The position numbers were made by a program, and so were the translations under genes. A stretch of DNA of 64,000 nt, from positions 544,001-608,000 of the forward strand of contig CAVVMW010000010.1 in the NCBI GenBank assembly GCA_963749495.1, in the 5' to 3' direction. This DNA comes from an uncultured bacterium (GTDB lineage: Bacteria; Verrucomicrobiota; Verrucomicrobiia; Limisphaerales; UBA8199). Below are positions 21,098-32,100 of this stretch, in pieces. Below the pieces are notes generated by a model. The model was not told the DNA's origin. It ran no database searches and worked only from the letters and a program-made list of their open reading frames with translations. Every line of letters starts with the position of its first letter. Within the stretch, counting starts at the first letter, position 1.

Positions 21098-22963
21098 TCA
21101 AGCCGGGTCGCATTTTCGGTCGTCTTTGGATATCGGCGTCCTCGGATTCCCCGGGGATTCGCCGGCCAGGACATTCCAGCCGCGCCGGCTCAGATGCCAA
21201 TACAGATAAACTGCCGCCGCGGCGGCGGCGCCCAAAAACAGGAGTCCGGCGCCCCAGCAGCCGAAAATGATTTTCCCGGCGCCAAACAAGGTCATGTAAA
21301 CCATGGTGCAGCCTGCCAGCCAGTCCAGGAAGTTGCTTCCCTCATCGCGTGGCGGCGCTATTTCGGGGGCTTGGCGGGCGATTGGACCCCAGAACGTGGG
21401 ACTCGGCCGCACCCGCCGGTAAAAACGCAGGAGTGTCTGTGGGGTTTCCGGGGCGGTCCACCAAGTGACCATGAGCCATACCAGGGTGGAAGAGGCGACG
21501 GTGATCAACACCGTCCAGGCAAATTGCCGGGGGTCATTCGTGTTGAGTTTCCAGCCCAATTGGAGCGTCAGCGAAGTGATAAACGAGGCCGCCATGGCTG
21601 CCACTTCGCTCCAGGCATTGATACGCCACCAGAACCAACGCAGGATGAAAATGCCGCCGGTCCCGGCTCCCACGGCCATCAGGAATTTCCAGGCCCCGGC
21701 GATGGAGTCCTGATAATAAGTGACCACCGAGGAAAGCAACATCAGAAGGAGGGTCGAGAGTTGCGCGATCCGGACATAATGTGTTTCTGGTTTGCCCTTG
21801 GCCAGAAAGCGCCGGTAGAGGTCATTTACCAGGTAGGAGGCGCCCCAGTTCAACTGCGTGGCTACGGTGGACATGTAGGCCGCGGCAAAGGCGGCAATCA
21901 TCAAGCCAGCCAAGGCCGGTGGCAAGACCTTGGGGTCCGCCACCGCTTTGATGAACCCGGATTCCTTATCGGCCAGGGAGGGATAGAGCACCAGCGAAGC
22001 CAGGGCGGTGAGAATCCAGGGCCAGGGACGCAAGGCGAAATGCGCAATGCTGAACCACAAGGTCGCCAGCAGGGAATGCTTCTCATCTTTTGCGCACAGC
22101 ATCCGCTGTGCGACGAACCCACCGCCCCCGGGCTCTGAGCCCGGATACCAGGTGGCCCACCAGATGACAAACAGGTAAACGAAAAACGCTATCATCGGCA
22201 TCCAGGCCGAGCCAATGTCGGGCGTAAAGGACAGGATGGAGCCCGCGCCTCCTCTGGCCGCGTCCAAAGCCCGCAGCTTGGCCTGCAGGGCCGCCATCCC
22301 GCCTACGGCCTTGATTGCGAAAAAGGCCAGCACGATGACCATCCCCATTTTGAGCACAAATTGGAACAGGTCTGTCACCAGAACGCCCCACAATCCGGAT
22401 AAGGTGGAGATCATTGCGGTGAGCAGCATAATGACGAATACCACGCACAAAGCGGCGATCTTCGGATCATGGATCCCCAGCGCCGGCAGGTGCAAATCAG
22501 GGAAGATCACCAGCAGGATTTTCACCATGGCCAGGTTCACCCAGCCCAGGATGATGCAATTGATCGGCAAACCCAGGTAGAGGGCGCGAAAGCCGCGGAG
22601 GAAAGCCGCGGGCTTGCCGCCGTAGCGCAGTTCGGTCAACTCGAGGTCAGTCACCACGCCCGCTCGGCGCCACAAGCGGGCAAAGAAAAACACCGTGAGC
22701 ATGTTGCTGAGCAGCAGGTTCCACCAGAGCCAATTGCCGGCGATGCCGTAAGAGGCCACCAGCCCGGTGACGGCCAGAGGGGTGTCGGCGGCGAAGGTGG
22801 TGGCCACCATGCTCGTGCCCGCCAGCCACCAGGACGCGTTGCGGCCGCTCACGAAATAGTCCTCGGTCGAACTGGTCGCGCGCTTGCGATACCAGAGGCC
22901 AATGAGCAAATTGATCGCGAAATACCCCGCAACGACTGACCAGTCGAACAAGGTGAGTTTCAT
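21098..22963 (-). CDS. Sodium:solute symporter (SSS family)
   Basis: DYFVSGR, SMVATTFAADTP, AQRML and AAYMST. Confidence 0.9.
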   Translation of the reverse strand: MKLTLFDWSVVAGYFAINLLIGLWYRKRATSSTEDYFVSGRNASWWLAGTSMVATTFAADTPLAVTGLVASYGIAGNWLWWNLLLSNMLTVFFFARLWRRAGVVTDLELTELRYGGKPAAFLRGFRALYLGLPINCIILGWVNLAMVKILLVIFPDLHLPALGIHDPKIAALCVVFVIMLLTAMISTLSGLWGVLVTDLFQFVLKMGMVIVLAFFAIKAVGGMAALQAKLRALDAARGGAGSILSFTPDIGSAWMPMIAFFVYLFVIWWATWYPGSEPGGGGFVAQRMLCAKDEKHSLLATLWFSIAHFALRPWPWILTALASLVLYPSLADKESGFIKAVADPKVLPPALAGLMIAAFAAAYMSTVATQLNWGASYLVNDLYRRFLAKGKPETHYVRIAQLSTLLLMLLSSVVTYYQDSIAGAWKFLMAVGAGTGGIFILRWFWWRINAWSEVAAMAASFITSLTLQLGWKLNTNDPRQFAWTVLITVASSTLVWLMVTWWTAPETPQTLLRFYRRVRPSPTFWGPIARQAPEIAPPRDEGSNFLDWLAGCTMVYMTLFGAGKIIFGCWGAGLLFLGAAAAAAVYLYWHLSRRGWNVLAGESPGNPRTPISKDDRKCDPA

Positions 22964-23103
22964 GAAGCCGACCTTCCTGTAAACGGGTTAACGCCGCGCA
23001 GGAATAAGGCCGGCATGGCCCCCATTGTGCCGCGCACTTTGGGAAGATGCCGCCGGTTCACTTGCCAGTCGGCCAAAGGCATGGGGCGAACGGTATTGTG
23101 CAT

Positions 23104-23133
23104 CCTCTGCGTTCTTTGCGTCTCTGCGGTTGA
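23104..23133. repeat. Single arm of the 9-nt-period repeat family
   Basis: CCTCTGCGTTCTTTGCGTCTCTGCGGTTGA. Confidence 0.8.
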
Positions 23134-23156
23134 TTAGGCGCTCCGAAGGCCTGGCC

Positions 23157-23583
23157 TAGGGTTTGTCCCGGAACGGCTGGGATCGTTTGTACAGCAGGAT
23201 TCGTTCTTGCATTTCCTTCCGGTCTGACTCGCTGGGTTTGCCGGTGCGCAGGGCTTGTTCCTCGAATTCGACGGCGCGTTTGAAATCGCCGGCTTCGGCG
23301 CAGGCCGCGGCGAGCGTGTCAATCCAGTTCCACTCTTTCCATTTTCATCAAGGGTCGCCCCGCTCGGCACACAACCTTCCACGGCATCCACCTCCACGTA
23401 GAGCCGGGGACAGGGCGAGGCGAGCAGATACAGCCGAGCCGGCACACAGAAAGCCAGGTTCTCGGCAGAGCCCGATCCTGTCGCGGCACGCTTCGCCTTG
23501 GGAGTGGAACAGCCTGCCAACGCCAGGCCACAGGCGAGCAGAGCTGCCCAGGCAAAGAACCGCAGAAGCGTGAGCGTTCTCAT
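23157..23583 (-). pseudogene. Internally deleted gene: lipoprotein N-terminus plus out-of-frame TPR-like C-terminus
   Basis: LAGC lipobox; in another frame WNWIDTLAAACAEAGDFKRAVEFEEQAL...PFRDKP*. Confidence 0.6.
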
Positions 23584-23892
23584 AACGGCGCGGATTCTTT
23601 GTGACCGCCTCGAAAAAGTCCAGCGTCAAGACATCGCCGTGAAGGTTCGGTTGGCGGATTGACGTTCATGAGCAGGCAATGATTCGCAACTATTCAGGTG
23701 CTCGTGGTCCCAGGACAGTCCATTGCTGTCAAGGGAATATTCAGATTTCCGACCCAGTTATTAACCTTTACTTATGAGTCGCCCCGGAAGAATATTATCC
23801 CAGGTTACGCGGGTTTCGGTCCTCATCTCACAAAGGGCAATCCCTGCCGACTTGCCGCGGCGCGCGACCTGGTGGATATTGGGCTCGCCTCC

Positions 23893-24642
23893 ATGAACGA
23901 AACACAGTCGGAACCGGCGCCTGAAGCGCCAGGCCAATGGTTCGCCACGACACATTGGAGCACGATCCTGGCGGCGGGAAGCGCAGCCTCGCCGCAAGCC
24001 GCTGACGCGCTGGAAAGGCTATGCCGCACGTACTGGTACCCGCTCTACGCGTTCGTGCGGCGCAAGGGTTACGGACCCCATGAGGCGGAGGACCTGACGC
24101 AGAGTTTTTTCGCCCGCTTTTTGGAGAAGCGCTATCTGGACGGCGTGGCGCCGGAAAAAGGGCGATTTCGCACGTTTCTGCTCTGCTCACTCAGCCATTT
24201 CCTGGCCAACGAATGGGACAAGTCGCAGCGGCTCAAACGTGGCGGCGGCCTTACCTTCCTGTCGCTCGAAACCACCCACGCCGAGGAACGCTACGGCGTT
24301 GAAGCCGCCGATGCCCGCACCCCGGAACGCGCCTTCGACCAACGCTGGGCCGAGACGATGTTGGACCTGGTGCTCCGACGCCTGCGCGCCGAATTCGGCG
24401 ACACGCGCCAACTCTCCCGGTTCGACGAACTCAAACCCTTCCTGCTCGGCGAACCGGACGCCGCGGCCTATGCCACGGTGGCCGCTCGGCTGCAAATCAG
24501 CGAGCAAGGCGTCAAGTCGGCCGTGCACCGGATGCGACGACGCTTTCGCGAGCTGTTCCGCGAGGAGATTGCCCATGCCGTGGCCAGGCGTGCCGACATT
24601 GACGAGGAACTGCGCTACCTGGTCGAGTTGATGACGAGTTGA
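23893..24642 (+). CDS. ECF sigma factor (kinase-associated PVC type)
   Basis: FATTHWS, YWYPLYAFVRR, AEDLTQSFF, GRFRTFL and VKSAVHRMRRR. Confidence 0.92.
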   Translation: MNETQSEPAPEAPGQWFATTHWSTILAAGSAASPQAADALERLCRTYWYPLYAFVRRKGYGPHEAEDLTQSFFARFLEKRYLDGVAPEKGRFRTFLLCSLSHFLANEWDKSQRLKRGGGLTFLSLETTHAEERYGVEAADARTPERAFDQRWAETMLDLVLRRLRAEFGDTRQLSRFDELKPFLLGEPDAAAYATVAARLQISEQGVKSAVHRMRRRFRELFREEIAHAVARRADIDEELRYLVELMTS

Positions 24643-24712
24643 GCACGCCTATGAATTGATTCCTCGGAACCTCCGGCCCGTCTTGCTTCTGAAAAGCAGT
24701 GATGCGCCAGCC

Positions 24713-27700
24713 TTGAGCACCACGCCCTCATCGCCAGTTTGCCCGAAGTGCGGGGCCGCCCTGCCGCCCACCGCAGCCGAGGGCCTGTGCTCGCGCTGTC
24801 TCTTCGCGCGATTGGGGGACGACGAAGCGCTGGCGGCGGAAATCGCCGCCGAGGCCGCTGGTCCAACCGATGTCACCGCCCCGCCCGAAGCCCGGCCCCG
24901 GGGCGAATTCGGCGACTACGAACTGCTCGAGGAAATCGGCCGCGGTGGCATGGGCATCGTCTATCGCGCCCGACAGCTCAGCCTCAATCGCCCCGTCGCG
25001 ATCAAAGTGATCAAGCTGGGCATGGACACAGCGGCCGTCATCGCCCGCTTCCAGGCGGAGCGCCAGGCCCTGGCGTTGATGGACCATCCGGGTATCGCCC
25101 GTGTCTTCAATGCCGGCGCCAGCGCCGCGGGCCGGCCTTACTTCGTGATGGAACTGGTCCGCGGCTTCAGGATCACCGACTACTGTGACCGGCACAGACT
25201 ATCCGTGCGCGAGCGGTTGGAGCTGTTCATCAAGGTCTGCCAGGCCGTCCAACACGCCCACCAAAAGGGTGTCATCCACCGCGACCTCAAACCTTCGAAC
25301 ATCCTTGTGACCGAGCTCGACGGGCAGGCCGCGCCCAAGGTCATTGACTTCGGCATCGCCAAGGCGACCGACGCCCGCCCGGCCGACCCCACCGGGTTCA
25401 CCGTCGTCGGCCAATTCATCGGCACCCCGGCCTACCTCAGCCCGGAGCAGGCCGAACCGGGCGCGCTGGACATCGACACCCGCACCGACATCTACAGCCT
25501 CGGGGTGCTGCTCTACGAATTGCTGACCGGCCACCTGCCATTCGAGCCCGAGGAACTGGCCGGCGCCAGCCTGGATGAAATCCGCCGCACCATTCGCGAG
25601 AAACAGGCGCCCCGTCCCTCGACGCGGCTGAGTCAGGAACGTGCAGCAGCCGACGCATGGAAGCTCACTTCCAACTCCGCGCGCCGCACTCCGCGCGCCG
25701 CACTCGACAGGGCCTCCTCGCGTCGGCTCCTGCAAGAAGTTCGCGGCGACCTGGACTGGATCGTGATGAAATGCCTGGAGAAGGACAGGACGCGCCGCTA
25801 TGAGACGGCCAACGGTCTGGCCGCCGATCTCAAGCGGCACTTGAACCACGAGCCGGTAGTCGCCCGTCCTCCCAGCCGTCTCTATGCATTTCAGAAGACC
25901 GTGCGCCGCCAGTGGGCGGGCTTCGCGGCGGCGGCGGCGGTCCTCCTGGCCCTGGCGGCAGGCGTGTTGGCCAGCACCTGGCAGGCGGTGCGAGCCAGAC
26001 ACGCCGAACTCGCCGCCCGCCAGCGCGCCTACGCCTCGGACATGAATGTCGCCAAGCAGGCGCTCGACGACAACAATCTCGGCCAGGCGCTGGACCTCCT
26101 GAACCGGCAGCGGCCCATGCCGGGCCAGAAAGACCTGCGCGGTTGGGAATGGCGTTATCTCTGGCAGCAGACCCGCAGTGACGCGCTGTTCACCCTGTGC
26201 CAGCAATCCAGCAGGATCAGTTCGCTGGCCGTTTCGGGCGATGGCAACTGGCTGGCAGTTGGCGCGTATCACAAAGGCGGTCTGTCGGTGTGGGACTTGC
26301 GAACGCGGCGAGAGTTGATCCGCCTGGCGGAAAACGAAGAACTTATCCGTGCGGCCTTTTCACCCACCGAACCGCTGCTGGCCTTCACCGGCGCCAATTT
26401 CTCCGCTTCCGGGGAAGAGCACTTTACCTTGCATCTCTGGAATTCAGGGACGCGGCGGAAGGCCACCGAGTTCCCACTGGATAACCGTTGCATGGGGTTG
26501 GCCTTTTCCAGCGATGGCCGCACGCTGGTGACTTCTACAGCCGGAGGACACATCACTCTCTGGAGGGTGCCGGAAGGGACCAGGCTTGCCAGCTATCTTT
26601 GTGAACAATCTCAGGTTGAGGAAGGAACACCTTTTGCCGCAACGCCGGGCCTGAGTTTTGCCGCCTACGGGCTGTTGGCGCAGGGGGTTCGCGTCATTGA
26701 CTTGCACGACGGCAAGGAACTCTGGACCCGGGCGGCCGCGAAAGACCGGGTCACCGCGCTGGCATTTTCACCAGACGAAAAAACACTGGCGACGGCCGCG
26801 GGCTTCGGCGAATCGGACATCCGGCTGTGGGAGGTCGCCACCGGCAGGGAAATCGGACGGCTCCAAGGCCATGGGTCCTGGGTCTGTTCGCTGGTGTTCT
26901 GGCCGGACAGCAAGAAGTTGGCCTCAAGCAGTGCTGACCAGATGATCCTCAGTTGGGATGTTCCCAGGCTAGAGCGCCTGGATGAGTTGCGCGGCCATCG
27001 TCAGCCCGTGTGGCGGCTCGCCTTGCTCCCCGATCACAAAACGCTCGTGAGCGGCTCCAAGGACGGCGCGGTTTGCTTCTGGGACGCATCCGTCACGCAC
27101 CCGAGGCATCTTCGCATCACGACCCTGCAGGGCGTGGTTACCTGGTGCTTCCTGCCAGACCCCCCATCGGTTCTAACCTTGGACCGGCAGGGTCGGGTGA
27201 CGCGATGGGCGGGAGAGGACTTTCAGCGGAGAGAACCCCTGTTGGCCATCGGCCCCAACTCTATTCCCCGCAGTTATAATGTCTTTTCCCAGGACGGGCG
27301 CTTCCTGGCGGTCGGTTCCACCAACGGAACCCTCAAGATTTGGGACTTGCCACAACGGACGCTTCGGCATGGGTGGACGAACCTAACGGCAGGGGTGGAA
27401 CCGGTAAGATTCCTCGCGGACGGAAACAAATTGATAACGTGGGGCAGGGGTGAGGGTTTGTTTCCGTCCTTTCACGAATGGGACCTCATGACGGGATTGG
27501 AAGTGCAGTCGTGGCGCTCGCCGGCGCCTGCGGGTCAGGCGGTTGGTGTTTCGCCTGACGAGCGCTTGTGCGTGGCCTTCGGTGATGCAGGGGATGTCAT
27601 TCTCAGAAACCTTGCCGCCCAAAGCGATGCGCGACTCAAGGTGGAGGATCGCGACAGTAATGATGCCGCTTTTTCTCCTGACGGGAGGCTTCTCGCCCTC

Positions 27701-28045
27701 GCGAGTGGCACGGGTTACGCCCGAGTGTGGGAGGCGGCGACCTGGCGGCGACAGGCGACTCTTCGTGGCCTTCCCCGCTACGTCGCCTCTGTGGCCTTCT
27801 CACCCGATGGCAAACGCCTGGCAACCGGCAGCGACGGCAAACAAGCGGTCAAACTGTGGGACACCGCAAGCTGGGAAGGCGTGATTGCTTTGGAAGCGGA
27901 GGGTTCCGAGTTCTCCCTCTTGGCGTTTTCCCCTGATGGCAATGCCATCGGCTCGTTGAACCGAACGGGCGTCCTGCACATCTGGCGCGCGCGGTCCTGG
28001 CCGGAGATCGAAGCGGCGGAAAAGACTCAGGCAGAGCGCCAATGA
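24713..28045 (+). CDS. Ser/Thr protein kinase with TM segment and WD40 propellers
   Basis: CxxC...CxxC N-terminus; IGRGGMG, HRDLKPSN, DFG and GTPAYLSPEQ; many FSPDG WD repeats; start uncertain (24656 or 24713). Confidence 0.93.
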   Translation: MSTTPSSPVCPKCGAALPPTAAEGLCSRCLFARLGDDEALAAEIAAEAAGPTDVTAPPEARPRGEFGDYELLEEIGRGGMGIVYRARQLSLNRPVAIKVIKLGMDTAAVIARFQAERQALALMDHPGIARVFNAGASAAGRPYFVMELVRGFRITDYCDRHRLSVRERLELFIKVCQAVQHAHQKGVIHRDLKPSNILVTELDGQAAPKVIDFGIAKATDARPADPTGFTVVGQFIGTPAYLSPEQAEPGALDIDTRTDIYSLGVLLYELLTGHLPFEPEELAGASLDEIRRTIREKQAPRPSTRLSQERAAADAWKLTSNSARRTPRAALDRASSRRLLQEVRGDLDWIVMKCLEKDRTRRYETANGLAADLKRHLNHEPVVARPPSRLYAFQKTVRRQWAGFAAAAAVLLALAAGVLASTWQAVRARHAELAARQRAYASDMNVAKQALDDNNLGQALDLLNRQRPMPGQKDLRGWEWRYLWQQTRSDALFTLCQQSSRISSLAVSGDGNWLAVGAYHKGGLSVWDLRTRRELIRLAENEELIRAAFSPTEPLLAFTGANFSASGEEHFTLHLWNSGTRRKATEFPLDNRCMGLAFSSDGRTLVTSTAGGHITLWRVPEGTRLASYLCEQSQVEEGTPFAATPGLSFAAYGLLAQGVRVIDLHDGKELWTRAAAKDRVTALAFSPDEKTLATAAGFGESDIRLWEVATGREIGRLQGHGSWVCSLVFWPDSKKLASSSADQMILSWDVPRLERLDELRGHRQPVWRLALLPDHKTLVSGSKDGAVCFWDASVTHPRHLRITTLQGVVTWCFLPDPPSVLTLDRQGRVTRWAGEDFQRREPLLAIGPNSIPRSYNVFSQDGRFLAVGSTNGTLKIWDLPQRTLRHGWTNLTAGVEPVRFLADGNKLITWGRGEGLFPSFHEWDLMTGLEVQSWRSPAPAGQAVGVSPDERLCVAFGDAGDVILRNLAAQSDARLKVEDRDSNDAAFSPDGRLLALASGTGYARVWEAATWRRQATLRGLPRYVASVAFSPDGKRLATGSDGKQAVKLWDTASWEGVIALEAEGSEFSLLAFSPDGNAIGSLNRTGVLHIWRARSWPEIEAAEKTQAERQ
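25642..25734. repeat. REP-like palindrome embedded in frame in the kinase gene
   Basis: Arms 25642-25666 and 25710-25734 are 20/25 reverse-complementary; the loop holds ACTCCGCGCGCCGC x2. Confidence 0.7.
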
Positions 28046-28074
28046 AGGCGCCCACTCCCCCCACCCTCGCGCAC

Positions 28075-28152
28075 TAAGGCGGTGGAAATAAATAAAGGTA
28101 GCAACCTGCCTTTGTCTTTTGCCGCCCAGCTTCGTTGCCCGCTCGTTGCAGA
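28075..28152. repeat. Left half of a MITE/REP-like element
   Basis: TAAGGCGGTGGAAATAAATAAAGGTAGCAA is inverted relative to 40122-40151; internal segment shared with 40028-40065. Confidence 0.75.
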
Positions 28153-29193
28153 CCGCTGGCCGCCCGCTGGCTCGGCTCGACGCCGACGCCGCGGCCGCCT
28201 GGCTACTCGCATCAGCGCCGATGGCCCGGCGGGTGGTGATCAAGCCCTTGGCACCGAGGCCATGCCGCCCTCCTGGTGCCCCGGATTCGCGGCACCTCTG
28301 GCGAGGCCGGAGCTTAAGCTGGTGCAAAAACCACCGCTGCCAACCAGTTTGAAAAGTGAGGACTGACACTCGCACAGTTGAACCGGGAGCTGGGCCGATG
28401 GGTTTCACTTGCGTTTCTTGGGCTCGGAAGTGGGATTGGTCGAACAGGTGCATGGGGAATTTGGCGGGATCCGCTTGAGGCCTTCCGGACCGAGAGAGGA
28501 CATCTGTTGGGATCATTGGCATGAGAAGTGCTTCCACGCCAAAAGACCCGCGCACAGATCTCTCTCGACACCTTCCTGGACTCGTGGTGAAGTCGGGTGA
28601 TCACCGGGCAGAAGTCCGCGATGGGCTGTCATGGTTTGCGGACTTCGTAGCCGTTGGGTGTGGGAATCAGTTGGTTATGAAATTGGCAGCGGGAATTGAG
28701 ACGCCGGGTTTGGGCGAGCATAAGCGGGCTGCTCACCATTCCAGATTCCATGCCAACGTGCGGCATTTTGGCGGCTTGTCCAGCAGGCTTCTGACACGCT
28801 GCAGCTCAAGACCGGCTCGAGCCCCGAAAGGCCCACCATCTCCAAAGCCATGACCATTGTGGGCTACAACGGCCGGGCCACGATTGGCCACTGACCCGTT
28901 CAAATGGACACGACTATGAAAAGCTCAACTCTGAACCGTGGTTGCACTCTTCCTGCTGACACGCGCGGCCCGCGCCCAGGGCGCCATCCTGGGCAAGGCC
29001 ATGACCGGCCTCGCGGGGGGCGAGGGCCCAGTCCTGGTGCTGGCCGCGCCGATGGAATAGGCGCCGTTTTCTCAAGAAACGTCGAAATCGCGATTCTTTG
29101 TAATCCCCCGGCGGCATTGCTTCTGAACAGAATAAAGGCTGATGCGCTGCACGGGTCGAGGGGCGCCGCGGCCTCAGGAACATGTTGGCATTT

Positions 29194-32100
29194 ATGAAAA
29201 TATCCGGCCCAATGAACCGCGGGGTCGCCCTGTTCGCCGTGGCGCTGGCCCTGGCGCGGGCGGCTCCGCGCAGGATTTCACGCTCACCCTCCAACCGAGC
29301 ACGGTGACTCTGATTCCCGAGCACAGCGCGTCGTTCGTCGTCTCGATGACTCCACTCAACGGCTTCACGTCGCAGGTGGCGCTGGCCGTAGAAAGCCTGC
29401 CGTTCGGAGTGACCGCGCAGTTCTCGCCGCAAACGCTGAGTCTGCCGGGCACTTCGGTCCTCGAGCTGAGCGCCGCCACGAACGCGGCGTTGGGCTCCTT
29501 CACGCTGGACATTAGCGCCGCCGGGGGTGGCATCACGAACACCACTTCCAGCGACGTGACCGTCAGCTTCGGCCTGCTGCCGACCTGCACCGGCGCGATC
29601 GAGGGCCAGGTGACGGACATCGTGACGGGCCTGCCGGTGCCGGGCGCGATCGTGGTCGCGACTTACGGTCCCACTGTCCTCACCGACACAAACGGGATGT
29701 ACGTGATCACTGACCTTGCGCTGGGCTCTCCCGACAACACACCGGTGCGGTATGGCATCTCGGCCTCCGGCACGAATTACTGGCCATCAGTCATCAGCTA
29801 TGCCTACGCCGTTTGCGACGCCACCAACGTGGTCAACTTCCAACTCCTGCGCATGGAGACCGGCTCGGTGAGCGGCCGGGTCGTGGCCCAGGGCGGCGGA
29901 CCGCTGGCCGGGGTGCTAGTCCAAGGCCGTGACTATTCCGGCGTCACGGATACGAATGGCGCCTTCCACGCGCTCGGGCTGGAGCTGGCTTCGAGCAATG
30001 CCCCCATCTCTTGGGTCCTAACGGCCACCCTCCAGGGATACTGGGATGCGACCACTAACGTCATGATTGCGGCCAACAGCAACTCCACGGTGACCGTGAT
30101 GATGATCCCGATCTGCACGGGCACAGTGCGCGGAAAAGTGATTTTCGCCGATTCCGGCCTGCCAGCCACCAATGTCACCGTGTATGTCAGCGCGGGGAGC
30201 ACGGTTGACGTCCCAACCGACAGCAACGGCGATTACATAGCTACCAATGTGAGCTTGGGACGCTTCAATGAGCCGATCTCGGCCTCCGCGCACGTTCAGT
30301 ACCCAGGCTATTATTATGCCAGCACAAACGCCCTGCTCAACACTTGCGGGGAAATCCTGACGATGCCGACGCTGGCCCTGCAACCCCTGCCGGCTGACAA
30401 TTACGGCGCCATCGCCGGCCATGTCTATGACGTTCAAACGGGCCAGCCCATCACGAATGCCGAAGTGGAGGTCGGAACCCTGGGGGGCTTAGAGGCCTAT
30501 GATTGCTTCACCGACGCGCATGGGGCGTATTTCCTGACCAACGTCGTCGTTGGCACTGGCCATGTCACTAACAGCATGTTCAACGTCACCGCCACAGGCC
30601 CGGGCTACTGGAACGCTGGCAGCAATGTTATCCTCTATGCCAGCGAGATCGTGACGCAGGACGTGCGAATGCTGCTCGCCGGCTATGGCGCTGTCGTCGG
30701 CACCGTGCGCGATTCGGCCACGGCTCTGCCTATCCAGGGCGCGTCCGTCAACCTCTCAAGCCTGGCCAACCTGTTTGTGTACACCGACGCCAAGGGCTAT
30801 TACGCCAGCGGCCTGTTGCCACTCTTCATTGGCAATGCCCCAACCTCTGAGGCCATTTTGGTTCAGGCAGACGGCTATTGGTCCATTACGACCAACACGA
30901 CGATCACACAAGGCAACACCAACGTCGTGGATGTTAACCTGATCAAAGTCTGCACCGGTGCCACGATCGTGGGCAACGTGGTCGATGCCCTCACCCAAAA
31001 GCCCATCACCAACGCCATCCTCTCGGTTTACAGCACGGTTTCTCGCTCGGCCATGACGGACACCAAAGGCAGTTTCACCCTCACCAACATCACGGTCGGC
31101 ACCGGCAATTCGCCCATTCAGGTGTCCGTCCACGCCGCCGCTCCGGGCTACAACCCGCAGTCCAAGACTGTGACGATCTTCTGCGATGCCACCATCATCA
31201 CGGAATTTGGGGTCCCAGAGACGGTTTTCGGCGGCATCCAGGGCTACGTCACCAACGTGGTCACCCGCCTGCCTCTGACCAATGTGTTTGTCGGCACGGG
31301 ATTTGGGGCCGCCACCACCACCGACACAAACGGTTACTACAGCTTCAGCCAGGCCCCCTTAGGCGCCAACGGGTCGAGCCGCGTGTGGACCGTCACGGCC
31401 ATGCCCGAGGGGTTTCCTGCGCAAACCGAATCCGCTTCCGTCTCCTCGAACACGGTTTCCCGGCTGGATTTTGGCTTCGGCCAGCCGCCCACGTCCTTGG
31501 TCGTCACCGCCGTCGGCACGCCCAATCCCGTCACCATTGGGAGCAACCTCCTTTATGTGGTCACGCTGACCAACACCGTGGCCGATGCCCAAGGGGTGGA
31601 GTTGTCGGACACGCTACCGCCGGGCGTGGCATTTGTCAGCGCCGCCTTTACGAACTCGCCTGGCACGCCGTTCAGCGCGCCGATTTATTCGAACAACGTC
31701 GTGTCCACCACGGCGGCGGTTTTCGGCTCCAACTCCGCGGTCGCTCTGGCGATCATGGTCACGCCCACCGTCACCGGCACACTGACCAACGTCGCCGCAG
31801 TGAGCAGTTCCACGCCGGACCTGGATCCCACCGGGCGCAATCATACCGCCACGTTCATCAGCAGCGTCCTGGCCCCCGCGCAGGCGGACTTGGCCTTGAT
31901 CCTGACCCAGAGCTCCAATTCCATTGTCCTCGGGAGCAACCTCTCTTACACGCTTCTGGTCACCAACCTCGGTCCGGCGGATGCACCGGACGTGGTGCTG
32001 GACGACACGCTGCCCGCGGGCGCGCACTATGTAGGTTCCACCGCCAGCCAGGGCGCCGCCACGCCGAGCGGGAGCAGCGTGCACTGGGATTTCGGGGCCT

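Noticed and set aside
28760..28838. Complete tRNA gene
   Set aside because: No matching 5' acceptor strand, D arm or anticodon arm.
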